From contig CP070761.1 of NCBI GenBank assembly GCA_020348985.1, positions 2,655,088 to 2,680,729 of the forward strand: DNA of 25,642 nt, written 5' to 3'. The number at the start of each line of letters is the position of its first letter. Position 1 is the first letter of the stretch. The position numbers and the translations under genes were made by a program. The notes below the pieces were generated by a model, which did no database searches, was not told the DNA's origin, and saw only the letters and a list, made by a program, of their open reading frames with translations. Below are positions 1 to 8,683 of this stretch, piece by piece. Origin of the DNA: Candidatus Thorarchaeota archaeon. Lineage in GTDB: Archaea; Asgardarchaeota; Thorarchaeia; Thorarchaeales; Thorarchaeaceae.

Positions 1-72
1 GGTCCCGATGAGCCTTCGTGGACCAAGCGCACTCCTAGCTCGGGTGCGCGCTCAGCGAGCCACCTAGGCTCG
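1..72 (-). ncRNA. GC-rich structured segment, possibly the 5' end or leader of a stable RNA running off the window edge
   Basis: Three tandem hairpins: GGTCC 1-5/GGACC 20-24, GCGCAC 27-32/GTGCGC 44-49, CGAGCC 56-61/GGCTCG 67-72. They lie directly downstream of a minus-strand BRE/TATA-like element. RNA identity not recognised. Confidence 0.35.
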
Positions 73-74
73 TG

Positions 75-88
75 ATTTAAAGCTTTCC
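75..88 (-). promoter_or_regulatory. Archaeal BRE-TATA-like promoter (GGAAAG-CTTTAAAT)
   Basis: The minus strand reads ggaaagctttaaat: a purine-rich BRE followed by TTTAAA, pointing into the structured segment at 1-72. Confidence 0.5.
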
Positions 89-325
89 TTGTATCGAGAT
101 TCACTAGAACAGCCACAGCGACCTTCCATAGCCGCTGGATAATGCCTTCTCTACTCGATAAAGGCACAATCAATTTCGATGCGTTTCAAGATAAAGGTTA
201 CGCCATGTGCGATGATTGTGCAGCTGATACCAACCCCAATAATCCAAGATTCGCAACCATTTGGAAATAGTTTACGGGAAAGACACACTCACGGGAACCG
301 ACAGGCATGACCAAAAGTAGAGCGG

Positions 326-361
326 TTGGATGGATTGAACCCGGTTATCACATCCATCCAA
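326..361. repeat. Perfect 10-bp inverted repeat (hairpin), possible terminator or RNA element downstream of rph
   Basis: TTGGATGGAT 326-335 pairs with ATCCATCCAA 352-361. On the minus strand it is followed by CCGCTCTACTTTT. Confidence 0.6.
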
Positions 362-452
362 GAGCATTTAAGAGTCGCTGAATCTGTCTCGAATTCTCAA
401 AACAAGCGCATCCACTTTTCTGCTTGACGGCTCAAAGAATGGACTCGCAACT

Positions 453-1157
453 TCACTTGTCTAGAGCTTTCTTCTGCGCCTCGATCAGCTCGGCAACTCC
501 TTTTGAAGCCATTCCGAGCATTGAGTCAAGTTGCTCTCGGTTGAAGGCCATACCCTCACCAGTGCCCTGAACCTCAACAAACTCGTTGTCACGCATGACG
601 ATGTTCATGTCAACCTCTGCACTCGCGTCCTCAGAATAGCACAAGTCCAGTAGAACCTCATTGTCGACTATACCCACACTGACTGCAGCAACGTTACCCA
701 GTAACGGAGGCGTTTCAATGATATCTGTGTCAAGCATATATTTCAAAGCGTCAATCAGCGCCACGTAAGCGCCGGTCACGGAAGCAGTGCGAGTCCCACC
801 GTCAGCTTGTATAACATCACAGTCTATGCGAATGCTGTTCTCCCCCAATCTCTTCAAATCGACAGCTTGTCGGAGAGACCTTCCAATCAGACGCTGAATC
901 TCCTGATTTCTGCCGCTGGGTCTGTGACGACTTGTCCGCTCATCAGTAGCTCGAGGAAGCATGGCATATTCGGCCGTCACCCAGCCTTGATCCATCCCGT
1001 TCAACCAGCCAGGGACTGTGTCCTCGACGGTGGCCGTGCAGATCACCTTTGTGTCTCCAGTAGCGATTAGGACAGACCCTTCGGGATGTTTTAGGAAATC
1101 GCGTGTGATCTCAACTGGCCTCAGTTCATCATTTGCTCTTCCGTCGTAGCGGGGCAA
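453..1157 (-). CDS. rph: Ribonuclease PH, bacterial type
   Basis: Motifs DGRxxDELRPV, [40 protein letters not shown], LDLxYxED, EVQGTGE. TTG start. Confidence 0.95.
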   Translation of the reverse strand: MPRYDGRANDELRPVEITRDFLKHPEGSVLIATGDTKVICTATVEDTVPGWLNGMDQGWVTAEYAMLPRATDERTSRHRPSGRNQEIQRLIGRSLRQAVDLKRLGENSIRIDCDVIQADGGTRTASVTGAYVALIDALKYMLDTDIIETPPLLGNVAAVSVGIVDNEVLLDLCYSEDASAEVDMNIVMRDNEFVEVQGTGEGMAFNREQLDSMLGMASKGVAELIEAQKKALDK

Positions 1158-1298
1158 TTTACCAACTCAGATATCTGTGGAAGAAATCCTCTATTAATCA
1201 CCTTCGGGTGGACTGTAAACAGATAGCTTTATTGACAATGAGCGGTCATGAATGCAATTGAAACCAACCAGTGCGTATGACATCGAGGCGGGCTTCCT

Positions 1299-2330
1299 AT
1301 GATAGACCTACATGGCAGATTCGATCGGGTCATGCGAGAGACTGTGAAGGAGTGGAAGAAGAATGACAACGTGGTGGGCGTTGTCGTTTACGGTTCTTTT
1401 GTGACAGGCAGTCTAACAGCGAGCTCTGATCTGGACATGTGTGTGATATGGGATAGCAGTGAAGCACCCGTCCAGTTAATGGCTGAACAAGATGGCGTTC
1501 TGCTGGATATGAGCTTTGCAACAGTATCAGCTGTAGAGGACGTCATCGAAGGAGCACCCGATGACGCGTTCTTGATTGCAGAAATCATCGCAAAGTTCAG
1601 GAATGCACGAGTCGTTCACGATACCGACAACAAGTTGAAAAAATGGCAGAGCGTGGCTGCAGACTACGTGTGGTCTGACAATGTTATCGATATCATCAAG
1701 GAGAAAGCAGAGGCGGAACTGTCCAATGCTAGCGAGCTTGTGGAGAAGGACGATATTGTTGGTGCCATTCATGAACTTCGTTCAGCACTATTCAACATAG
1801 CACGTGCGGTTCTAATGAAAAACAATGTCTTCAGTATCATCAAGCCAGCAGAGGTTCTGAGCGAAGTCAGAATGCTGGATCCCATGACATACCGTCTGTT
1901 TCTCAGACTCTTCAAGCTCAAAGCCCTACAAGAAGCAGAGCTGTTGACTGCTCTGGATAGCATAAGACATTGGTTGAAGATTGCAGAGGAGCGATTAGGA
2001 GAAGTAGCACCTGGAGCAGGTCTTGCGCCCACTGCTGTTCGATTGGCAGAAGCACAGAGACACTACTACGGCGCAATGCGCTTGACAATAGATTCTGAGT
2101 ACGAGTTGGCCGTATTGGAGATGCGTCAGACATTGAGTTTGCTAGGGCGAACCTTGGCAGAGACTGCAGGTCATAGGCCTTCTTCCGATGCCTCTGCAAT
2201 GAGTTACATCAAGCAACAAGAGCCTGAGTTCTATGAGAAGGTTCTAGTTGAACATGGGGCATTCGATCTGCTTCCGAAGGCAGTCAAAAGAGGAATTGGC
2301 GAGGCCCGATTTATAGCACAGCGGGTTTGA
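1299..2330 (+). CDS. Pol-beta superfamily nucleotidyltransferase domain protein with two C-terminal helical HEPN-like repeats
   Basis: YGS-x10-DLD (GSFVTGSLTASSDLD). Two similar amphipathic helical blocks (KAEAELSNASEL...ARAVL and LAEAQRHY...GRTL). Confidence 0.75.
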   Translation: MIDLHGRFDRVMRETVKEWKKNDNVVGVVVYGSFVTGSLTASSDLDMCVIWDSSEAPVQLMAEQDGVLLDMSFATVSAVEDVIEGAPDDAFLIAEIIAKFRNARVVHDTDNKLKKWQSVAADYVWSDNVIDIIKEKAEAELSNASELVEKDDIVGAIHELRSALFNIARAVLMKNNVFSIIKPAEVLSEVRMLDPMTYRLFLRLFKLKALQEAELLTALDSIRHWLKIAEERLGEVAPGAGLAPTAVRLAEAQRHYYGAMRLTIDSEYELAVLEMRQTLSLLGRTLAETAGHRPSSDASAMSYIKQQEPEFYEKVLVEHGAFDLLPKAVKRGIGEARFIAQRV

Positions 2331-2390
2331 CTCCTGGGCCAGCAATTAGACTCATTAGGCGTGCTCTTACCACAAAGGTCAGGACTGAAA

Positions 2391-2933
2391 ATGTCAGGCT
2401 CCGTTGAAGAGACAATTACACTCCAGAGTGTTCCTCTGACAAGAGAAAAACAACTGATGCTAGAGAGACTCTTTGAGGAATATCATGCAGCTGTCAACTT
2501 CGTTATCAAGGAGATACTCACAAAACACATCACAACACCTAGTCGGACTATTGAGATCACACAGGACGAGTTCTACAAACGCTTTGATCCTAGACCCGAA
2601 TACCTGCAAGATGTTGTGAAGACCGCAAGAGTGGAAATCGGACGTCATCGCAGAATGTCAAAGACCGTTCGAAGTCTACGTGGTAAGAGACCCTATTTCA
2701 AACCTGGGCAGATGATTCTGTCCAACCCCATTGTCAGTCTGGGAGAGAAGGCCCTTGTCTTGATCTCGGCAAAAGAGGAGGAGCTGCCCATTCCATTCGA
2801 CAAGCGGAGCAGGAACAGGGTCATCGATATCCTTCAGAAGTTGTCAAGAGACCCAAAGATGTATGGACGCATTCGCTTGACATGGAGAAAAGCTGGCTAC
2901 GCTGACATTGACATTCGTTACGTGAGAAAGTAG
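2391..2933 (+). CDS. Basic protein resembling the N-terminal REC/WED half of TnpB/Cas12f, lacking RuvC
   Basis: Pattern TITLQSVPLTREKQLMLERLFEEYHAAVNF...YLQDVVKTA...KRPYFK...RIRLTWRKAGYADIDIRY, recognised by eye. No GxDxG, E or D RuvC motifs and no zinc finger. ATG at 2391 preferred over GTG at 2361. Confidence 0.55.
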   Translation: MSGSVEETITLQSVPLTREKQLMLERLFEEYHAAVNFVIKEILTKHITTPSRTIEITQDEFYKRFDPRPEYLQDVVKTARVEIGRHRRMSKTVRSLRGKRPYFKPGQMILSNPIVSLGEKALVLISAKEEELPIPFDKRSRNRVIDILQKLSRDPKMYGRIRLTWRKAGYADIDIRYVRK

Positions 2934-2937
2934 ACCA

Positions 2938-3876
2938 CTAATACCATTTCAAGTCCCATGTTGCCAGGGCACCGGATGCATGTGTAGAGTATATCCGTTC
3001 TCCTCTTGGACCCCATTCGTGTGCTGTTAGAGCTGTCCAGAGTTTCTCTCTACATAACAGGCTCATTGTCTCGAGAGACCAGACTCTAATACTACGGTCC
3101 CAGCTACCAGAGACCAAGTAACGTCCTGAGGGGTCTACAGACAAAGAGCTCACCATGTCCGTGTGTCCTTTCAGTGTGACAGGCTTTGAGTTCCCTTCCA
3201 GACTCGCCGAAACTATACTGCCACTGTGTAGACCGAGAAAGACTCTGCTATCATCAGGTGAAACGGCAACAGAACGAATTCTCTCTTTCTGCTTTTCGAT
3301 CGTGCGAACCAGCTCATTCGTGGAAGTATTCCACAGCTTGCTCTCACCATCCCAAGATGTGCTGATGAGCAGCGATGCATCAGATGTGAAGGCAAGGCCA
3401 GAGATGTCTGTCTTGTGAGCATCAATATTCCGAAGACACTTCAGATTCTGTTTTGAGAAGATTTTGATTATGCCATCGCGCGCTCCGACAGCGCCCTTAA
3501 CGGATGATGATGTAACTGCCAAGACCTTTGTTTGTGCATCATGCTTCATAATTGCTGTCTCAGTAACTGTCCTCCCGAGAGCCCATAAACGAGTAGTGCC
3601 GTCCCAACTGCAGGAAACTAGCTTAGAACCCTCTCCGACAAATCTGACCGACGAGACAAGTGCCTCATGTCCTTTTGCCATAAGTTGAAGCTTGCCCGTA
3701 CTGGTTGTTATGAGCAAGATTCGTCCATCTTGGGTTCCGCAGGCCACTCTTCGGCCGTTTGAATGTACTGAGATGCAGGTCAATGGAGATGCCTGTGTGG
3801 GTGTGGGCCTATACAAGATTGTCTTTGCAAGGTCGACCAATGCTGAATACGCTCTCTTGGGTAAGAGGAGCTTCAA
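2938..3876 (-). CDS. WD40-repeat beta-propeller protein
   Basis: Repeated GH...SxSWDxxxxxW units (GHEALV...SCSWDGTTRLW; AHKTDI...STSWDGESKLW; GHTDMV...SGSWDRSIRVW). Confidence 0.92.
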   Translation of the reverse strand: MKLLLPKRAYSALVDLAKTILYRPTPTQASPLTCISVHSNGRRVACGTQDGRILLITTSTGKLQLMAKGHEALVSSVRFVGEGSKLVSCSWDGTTRLWALGRTVTETAIMKHDAQTKVLAVTSSSVKGAVGARDGIIKIFSKQNLKCLRNIDAHKTDISGLAFTSDASLLISTSWDGESKLWNTSTNELVRTIEKQKERIRSVAVSPDDSRVFLGLHSGSIVSASLEGNSKPVTLKGHTDMVSSLSVDPSGRYLVSGSWDRSIRVWSLETMSLLCREKLWTALTAHEWGPRGERIYSTHASGALATWDLKWY

Positions 3877-3894
3877 GGGTTATCAACCTGTGTA

Positions 3895-4923
3895 CTATTT
3901 CTTCCAGAAGCGGTAATAGACTACAACAACTACCGCTACAACTGGCAGCCCAACCACGATGATGATCCTGAGCGCTGATATCAGAATCTGAAATAGATCC
4001 GGCTGAAGGGCTGTCAAATTCCGAACATGGTCTACTGTAAACACCTCGAGCGCCTGGCCTACTACCTCTAGACTGTCTGGACTACATCTCTCGGGAATGT
4101 CACTAGTGGTGTGCCATGATGATGGAAAAGGATCGTGATGGATTATGTCGAGTGAGGCGATTCCCACGTCTAGGAATGGTCTATGGTCATCGATTATCGA
4201 ACGACCAAGAACATCAATGAAGATATCATCATACCCCAGCTCTGCAGCCACAGACCACACTGTGTCTTGCAGAGAACGAGTGGATGAGACCTCGCGTTGT
4301 AGTACTAAGTTTTCGTCTCCAACCATGTCTAAAAGAATCATGGCTGAGATTGAGTCGATTCTGTCTTGGCTAAGCTGACTGACAAAGTAGTTGGAACCAA
4401 CAATCCAGTTCCATCCGCTGATTCCACCGGAGTCTTCTGCATCGAAGAATACGAGTTCAACTTCCACACGTATTTCTTCTGGCAAGACGCGAGCAAGCTC
4501 AAGCAAAACAGCGACCCCACTGGCTGCGTCATTGGCTCCGAGAACGGGGAGTGTTCTATTACCAATGAACGGATCTTGATCTGCTAGAGGTCGTGTGTCA
4601 TAGTGTGCACCCAGAGTCAGGCGTGGCTCACTGTCATTGCCCCATCGCCCAATGATGTTGAAACACTCAACGCCGAGATAGGTGAAGTTTTGAAGTGTAG
4701 TGTTCCATCCCAAGCTCTCTAGCGAACCAGCTATGTAAGACCTACACAGAGAGAGATTCTCAGACCCAGGAGGACGAGGGCCAAAGTCACACTGATCCAC
4801 AAGGAAATCGTAGGCGTTATCTCCATCGAAAACTGGGTCATGACGTGCTTGCTGGGGAGAAATTTGTGTCCCTGGAATAATGACTAGGAGAATAAGCAGA
4901 AGAGTGGCCGTGTATTTGGTCAT
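3895..4923 (-). CDS. Secreted, C-terminally anchored M28-family zinc peptidase, glutaminyl cyclase-like
   Basis: N-terminal signal peptide; GAHYDT, GANDAASGVAVLLELAR, FFDAED, LLDMVG, DDHRPF, WHT motifs; C-terminal TM helix followed by a basic tail. Confidence 0.88.
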   Translation of the reverse strand: MTKYTATLLLILLVIIPGTQISPQQARHDPVFDGDNAYDFLVDQCDFGPRPPGSENLSLCRSYIAGSLESLGWNTTLQNFTYLGVECFNIIGRWGNDSEPRLTLGAHYDTRPLADQDPFIGNRTLPVLGANDAASGVAVLLELARVLPEEIRVEVELVFFDAEDSGGISGWNWIVGSNYFVSQLSQDRIDSISAMILLDMVGDENLVLQREVSSTRSLQDTVWSVAAELGYDDIFIDVLGRSIIDDHRPFLDVGIASLDIIHHDPFPSSWHTTSDIPERCSPDSLEVVGQALEVFTVDHVRNLTALQPDLFQILISALRIIIVVGLPVVAVVVVVYYRFWKK

Positions 4924-4953
4924 CGAGCTCCAGACCCGGGTGTCTATAGGCCT

Positions 4954-6186
4954 CTAAGAATGTTTTCGCGGAACATTGTTCATGCGAGTCAATACGATCT
5001 TCTGTACAATCACGGGTATCTCGCGTGGAAGTCTCTTGATGACTGCTGCAGGAATATCGGAATACCCAATCTCCCCTCTTGCAAGTTGCGCCAGGATTTC
5101 AGAGGAAATTGATTGTCCTTCAGCATGTGATAGAATGAAGTCGGAATATGAAAAGCCATTGATGCCGGCCCATTGGGCAAATGCAAAGCTTGCTTTGAAG
5201 TCTTTCCTGCATAGGCGATTGTATTTTGAGAGAAACTTCGGGTCGTGTCTTCCAGAATCAATAGCACTAGCAATAACATCTGTTGCATGGACTGCAGATT
5301 TCATTGCATAAGCTATTCCTTCTCCCATGAGTGGATCGACAAATCCTGCGGCATCACCTATTAGGATTCCCCTTGTTGTCACGTTCTCGTGTTCAAGACC
5401 TTGGCCAGCAAGATACCAAGTTCGTCGTCGAGATGGAGTAAGGGTCGAACGCAATCGCCGCTGCATTCTCCTCACAAAACTGTCGAAAATTTGGCGCAGT
5501 CTTAGCATGTGAGGGGCCGCTCCTGCCACTCCGATTGCAAGGTACTCTCGTTTCGGAAAAACCCAGCCATAACTGATCCTGCCTTGGATTGGGATTATGT
5601 CGAGGATATGCGGATTCCCGTTCGTTGCCTCAAGCACACCGTCTTCTCCTAGATAGAAATCGGATTCCATACCAAGGCCCAGCCGCGTAGGACTGTTCTT
5701 CTTAGGTCTGAGACCTAGTGAGTGAGCTACTGTCGAGGTGACTCCATCCGCACCTATCAGGAAGCGGGCACGAAGAACACGACCATCACTTAGTGTGGTT
5801 TCTGCATAGTCATCGTTGACTGAGGCATCGACAACCCTTGCTTGCTCAATCAGGTCAGCACCAGCGCGTTCGGCCCTCCTTGCGAGGTATTCGTCAAAGA
5901 CCGATCTATGGCAGGTGATGCCTAGCAGCTTATCGGACTCGAACTCTGCAGTCCTTCCATCCTGCAACACGAATCGTAGACCGTATATCTTCTGCTCGAC
6001 CACTCGTCTTGGTATTCGTTCATTGACTATCTGAAGTCCTCTGTGCATTACTGCTCCGCCGCATGCCTTCTCACGTGGCAATGAATGTTTCTCAAGCAGA
6101 AGGGTCCTAAGTCCAAGTGCGGCTGACCTTTGCGCAGCAATCGAGCCTGCAGGTCCGGCACCCACAACTATGATGTCATAGCTCAC
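4954..6186 (-). CDS. Geranylgeranyl reductase family FAD-dependent oxidoreductase
   Basis: VVGAGPAG, REKACGG, GADG, YGWVFP, GDAAGFVDPLMGEGIAYA. Confidence 0.92.
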   Translation of the reverse strand: MSYDIIVVGAGPAGSIAAQRSAALGLRTLLLEKHSLPREKACGGAVMHRGLQIVNERIPRRVVEQKIYGLRFVLQDGRTAEFESDKLLGITCHRSVFDEYLARRAERAGADLIEQARVVDASVNDDYAETTLSDGRVLRARFLIGADGVTSTVAHSLGLRPKKNSPTRLGLGMESDFYLGEDGVLEATNGNPHILDIIPIQGRISYGWVFPKREYLAIGVAGAAPHMLRLRQIFDSFVRRMQRRLRSTLTPSRRRTWYLAGQGLEHENVTTRGILIGDAAGFVDPLMGEGIAYAMKSAVHATDVIASAIDSGRHDPKFLSKYNRLCRKDFKASFAFAQWAGINGFSYSDFILSHAEGQSISSEILAQLARGEIGYSDIPAAVIKRLPREIPVIVQKIVLTRMNNVPRKHS

Positions 6187-6350
6187 CTACTGTTTCTTCC
6201 CCCGATGATTCGAAGTCGATTCGATTTGCAGCAGTCTGCGAATTGAACTGCTCGACTAGCAATCCGAAGTATTCTGATTTATATCTAATGCCTCAAAGTG
6301 GGCAGGCTGGCCATGCCGGTGAATGCCCGTCCATATTCGGCGAGCTTCCA

Positions 6351-7451
6351 CTAGTGTACTTGTTCTTGTTTTAAGTCCCAGACAACTATCTGCTCCTTTC
6401 TCCTCGTGGAATTGATCTTATCCCAAATCCCGCTCGCGGTTGCGGAATATGATCTTTCAAGACAATACGGATTGTCCCATGGAGCTATTTCAGAGAAAAA
6501 CTCAGAACCCCTGATGATTTTCCTGTTGACCATCCGATCACCAACAACGAGGATTACGAGAGACTCGTCATGGAGAACTGCATCAATTGCCCTTAGCGCC
6601 GTACTCATCTCCTCTCTAAATGTTGAGAATGTCTGGATTAGACCCCTCCGAATCGTCTTACGATCCATGCCAAGAATCTCTAGAACGAGCCGAGAGTAGT
6701 AGCCGGTATAGTCCAGTGCATCGAAGTAAGGAGGTGAGCTATACACGACATCTACGGTCCCTTCCTCCACAATTTCCTGAATCCTCCGAGTGTCGTGATG
6801 ATAGATACACACTTCAGGATATCCTAGGACGAACTCAATATGCTTCTGAGCCTTTCTCATTAGCATACCGTAGAAGTCAATCGACCGAAGCTTGTCGGAG
6901 ATTCGGCCGAACGATGTAGAAGACCATGTCCAATGATTACAAGCCCTCGCTGCAAGACAAATTGAGCCATATAGCACAGACAGTTCGAAATTAGAGAAGC
7001 TATCCGAAATTGATATCATCCGCATAATCTGCTCTCTAGTGTCTCGGTGGAAGAACTTGGCCGGCCAAGAGGGCATCTCATGAACACCTGATAGTGTTTT
7101 GGCTTGTTTGATGGCAGATTCAAAGTGTTGAAGCGTCTCAGTCTTGCTCAAGGATTCGGTTTTTCCACGAGCAATTATGCAGGCCAAGGGATTGTTGTCG
7201 ACTCCGATAGCCGTCATGCCCCGGGCCTGAGCTTCATACACTATTGTCCCCGTTCCACAAAAAGGATCCAGCAACGTGTAGTTCTGCGGAAGTTGGGAGA
7301 TTACATTAGATGCATCTAGTGCGGACATCTTCCCCCGATATGGATAGATACCATGGATTGAATTCGGATTGCTCAGCTTCTCGAGCTGCTTGAAGATAAG
7401 ACGCTGACGCTCTTCAATTGCTTGTCGATTATCAAGGGCAGATTGTTCCAT
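6351..7451 (-). CDS. Orphan amino-DNA methyltransferase, probably N4-cytosine
   Basis: IHGIYPYRGK, SAM-binding LDPFCGTGT, catalytic SSPPY, VVGD. No adjacent endonuclease ORF. Confidence 0.85.
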   Translation of the reverse strand: MEQSALDNRQAIEERQRLIFKQLEKLSNPNSIHGIYPYRGKMSALDASNVISQLPQNYTLLDPFCGTGTIVYEAQARGMTAIGVDNNPLACIIARGKTESLSKTETLQHFESAIKQAKTLSGVHEMPSWPAKFFHRDTREQIMRMISISDSFSNFELSVLYGSICLAARACNHWTWSSTSFGRISDKLRSIDFYGMLMRKAQKHIEFVLGYPEVCIYHHDTRRIQEIVEEGTVDVVYSSPPYFDALDYTGYYSRLVLEILGMDRKTIRRGLIQTFSTFREEMSTALRAIDAVLHDESLVILVVGDRMVNRKIIRGSEFFSEIAPWDNPYCLERSYSATASGIWDKINSTRRKEQIVVWDLKQEQVH

Positions 7452-7512
7452 GGCACAGATGGAATAGCCATCACTGCCAAAAAAGGGCTGCTACGAGATT
7501 GGTGTGCTAGTT

Positions 7513-8277
7513 TTACTTCTCGGCCAAGACGTCGATTGCGTTGATGGTCGCTTCTATCTCCTTCTCTACGGCCTCAATCAGCAGGGGGTCCTGTTCCCCG
7601 GACTTCTCACTGTCGTCTTCTTGTTCGACCTTCTGTCCTGTGTGAAGATTCCCGTCGCATGCGAGAATTGATCCTGCATGTATTCCTTTTGTGGCTGCAA
7701 ACACGAAGAGTAACGAGCTTTCCATCTCGACTGCTTTCACCTTCGCGCGTGTCCATAGACTCAGCTGGTCGAGTTCTGGGTTCACGTAGTACACATCACT
7801 CGTCCAAATAACACCAGTATGGATCCGTTCAGAAGGCAGCAGCTTGGATATCTCCTCGTGGAGTGCCCAATATACACTTGGATCGGCAACTGCAGGATAC
7901 TCCATCGGAGCGTAGTTTATGCTTGTCCGTTCATCTCTAACAGCACTAGTGGCTACAACGACATCCCCAGTCTTCACTGAGGGATCGATGCCGCCACAAG
8001 ACCCAATGCGGATTACGTATTCAGTACCGAGATTTGAGAGCTCTTCAATGCAAATGTGGGTAGACCCGGTGCCAATTCCTGTGCCAGATATTGTCACGGG
8101 CGTCCCTTTTGGAGTGTAAGCGCGATAGGTTACATATCCGCGATATCTGGCAACTTCCTCTGCATCTTTCATTTTCGATGCCACGATAGGGACGCGATCT
8201 GGATTCCCCATAATGAGCGTAAACCGTTCAACATCTCCCTCGCCTACTCTCATATGGGGCTGCACTCGCTTCTTCAA
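7513..8277 (-). CDS. udp: Nucleoside phosphorylase, uridine phosphorylase family (PNP_UDP_1)
   Basis: QPH, GNPDR, TGIG, IRIGSCGG, AVRDERTS, YAPMEYPAVAD, VEMESS. Confidence 0.85.
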   Translation of the reverse strand: MKKRVQPHMRVGEGDVERFTLIMGNPDRVPIVASKMKDAEEVARYRGYVTYRAYTPKGTPVTISGTGIGTGSTHICIEELSNLGTEYVIRIGSCGGIDPSVKTGDVVVATSAVRDERTSINYAPMEYPAVADPSVYWALHEEISKLLPSERIHTGVIWTSDVYYVNPELDQLSLWTRAKVKAVEMESSLLFVFAATKGIHAGSILACDGNLHTGQKVEQEDDSEKSGEQDPLLIEAVEKEIEATINAIDVLAEK

Positions 8278-8347
8278 TTGCTACACCGCCTCTTTCAGCG
8301 GCAAACCCGCTTTTCACTGTTGGCCTTTGACGAGTACTAATCAGAAA

Positions 8348-8578
8348 CTAGCCAACGGGTATCACATACCTTCCGTAGGGCTTCGACTGAAACTCTGTAC
8401 TTCCGTTGATTCTCCTCAGGACGCACTCAGCACAAATCCATTCCTCGCTGATTCGGAAGACCTTACTGTATTTTGTAGCGCATGCGTTGCAGCATTCGCA
8501 ATTGCCAGTCCCGGTTTCATAGTTCTCAGAGAGGAAGACAATCAGCAGCGAGATCAAGTTCGGATTCCTTACTTGCAT
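8348..8578 (-). CDS. Small Cys-rich putative zinc-finger protein (start uncertain)
   Basis: CECCNAC...WICAEC. Co-oriented upstream of udp. Confidence 0.5.
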   Translation of the reverse strand: MQVRNPNLISLLIVFLSENYETGTGNCECCNACATKYSKVFRISEEWICAECVLRRINGSTEFQSKPYGRYVIPVG

Positions 8579-8683
8579 TCTCCTTGACCACAGCCCATTG
8601 TGCGCTGCTTGCTTTTTATCCGCCACCAAGACAGAGGGCGCCTCTCCAATACACAAACAAGCATTATTAGATGAGGGTCCCGG

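Noticed and set aside
142-270. 42-aa ORF MPSLLDKG...CDDC...IWK
   Set aside because: No convincing ribosome-binding site or recognisable homology; it cannot be supported beyond being open.
311-385. tRNA gene or SECIS element
   Set aside because: The T-stem flanking GGTTCAATCC does not pair, and there is no acceptor or D arm. The ATGA...GA spacing is too short for a SECIS, and no in-frame-TGA selenoprotein was found nearby.
1299-2330. Active MNT-HEPN toxin-antitoxin system
   Set aside because: The helical repeats lack a canonical Rx4-6H RNase motif, and there is no separate toxin gene.
2391-2933. Active IS200/IS605 element
   Set aside because: No TnpA, no RuvC or zinc finger, and no end hairpins seen; tightly packed between intact genes.
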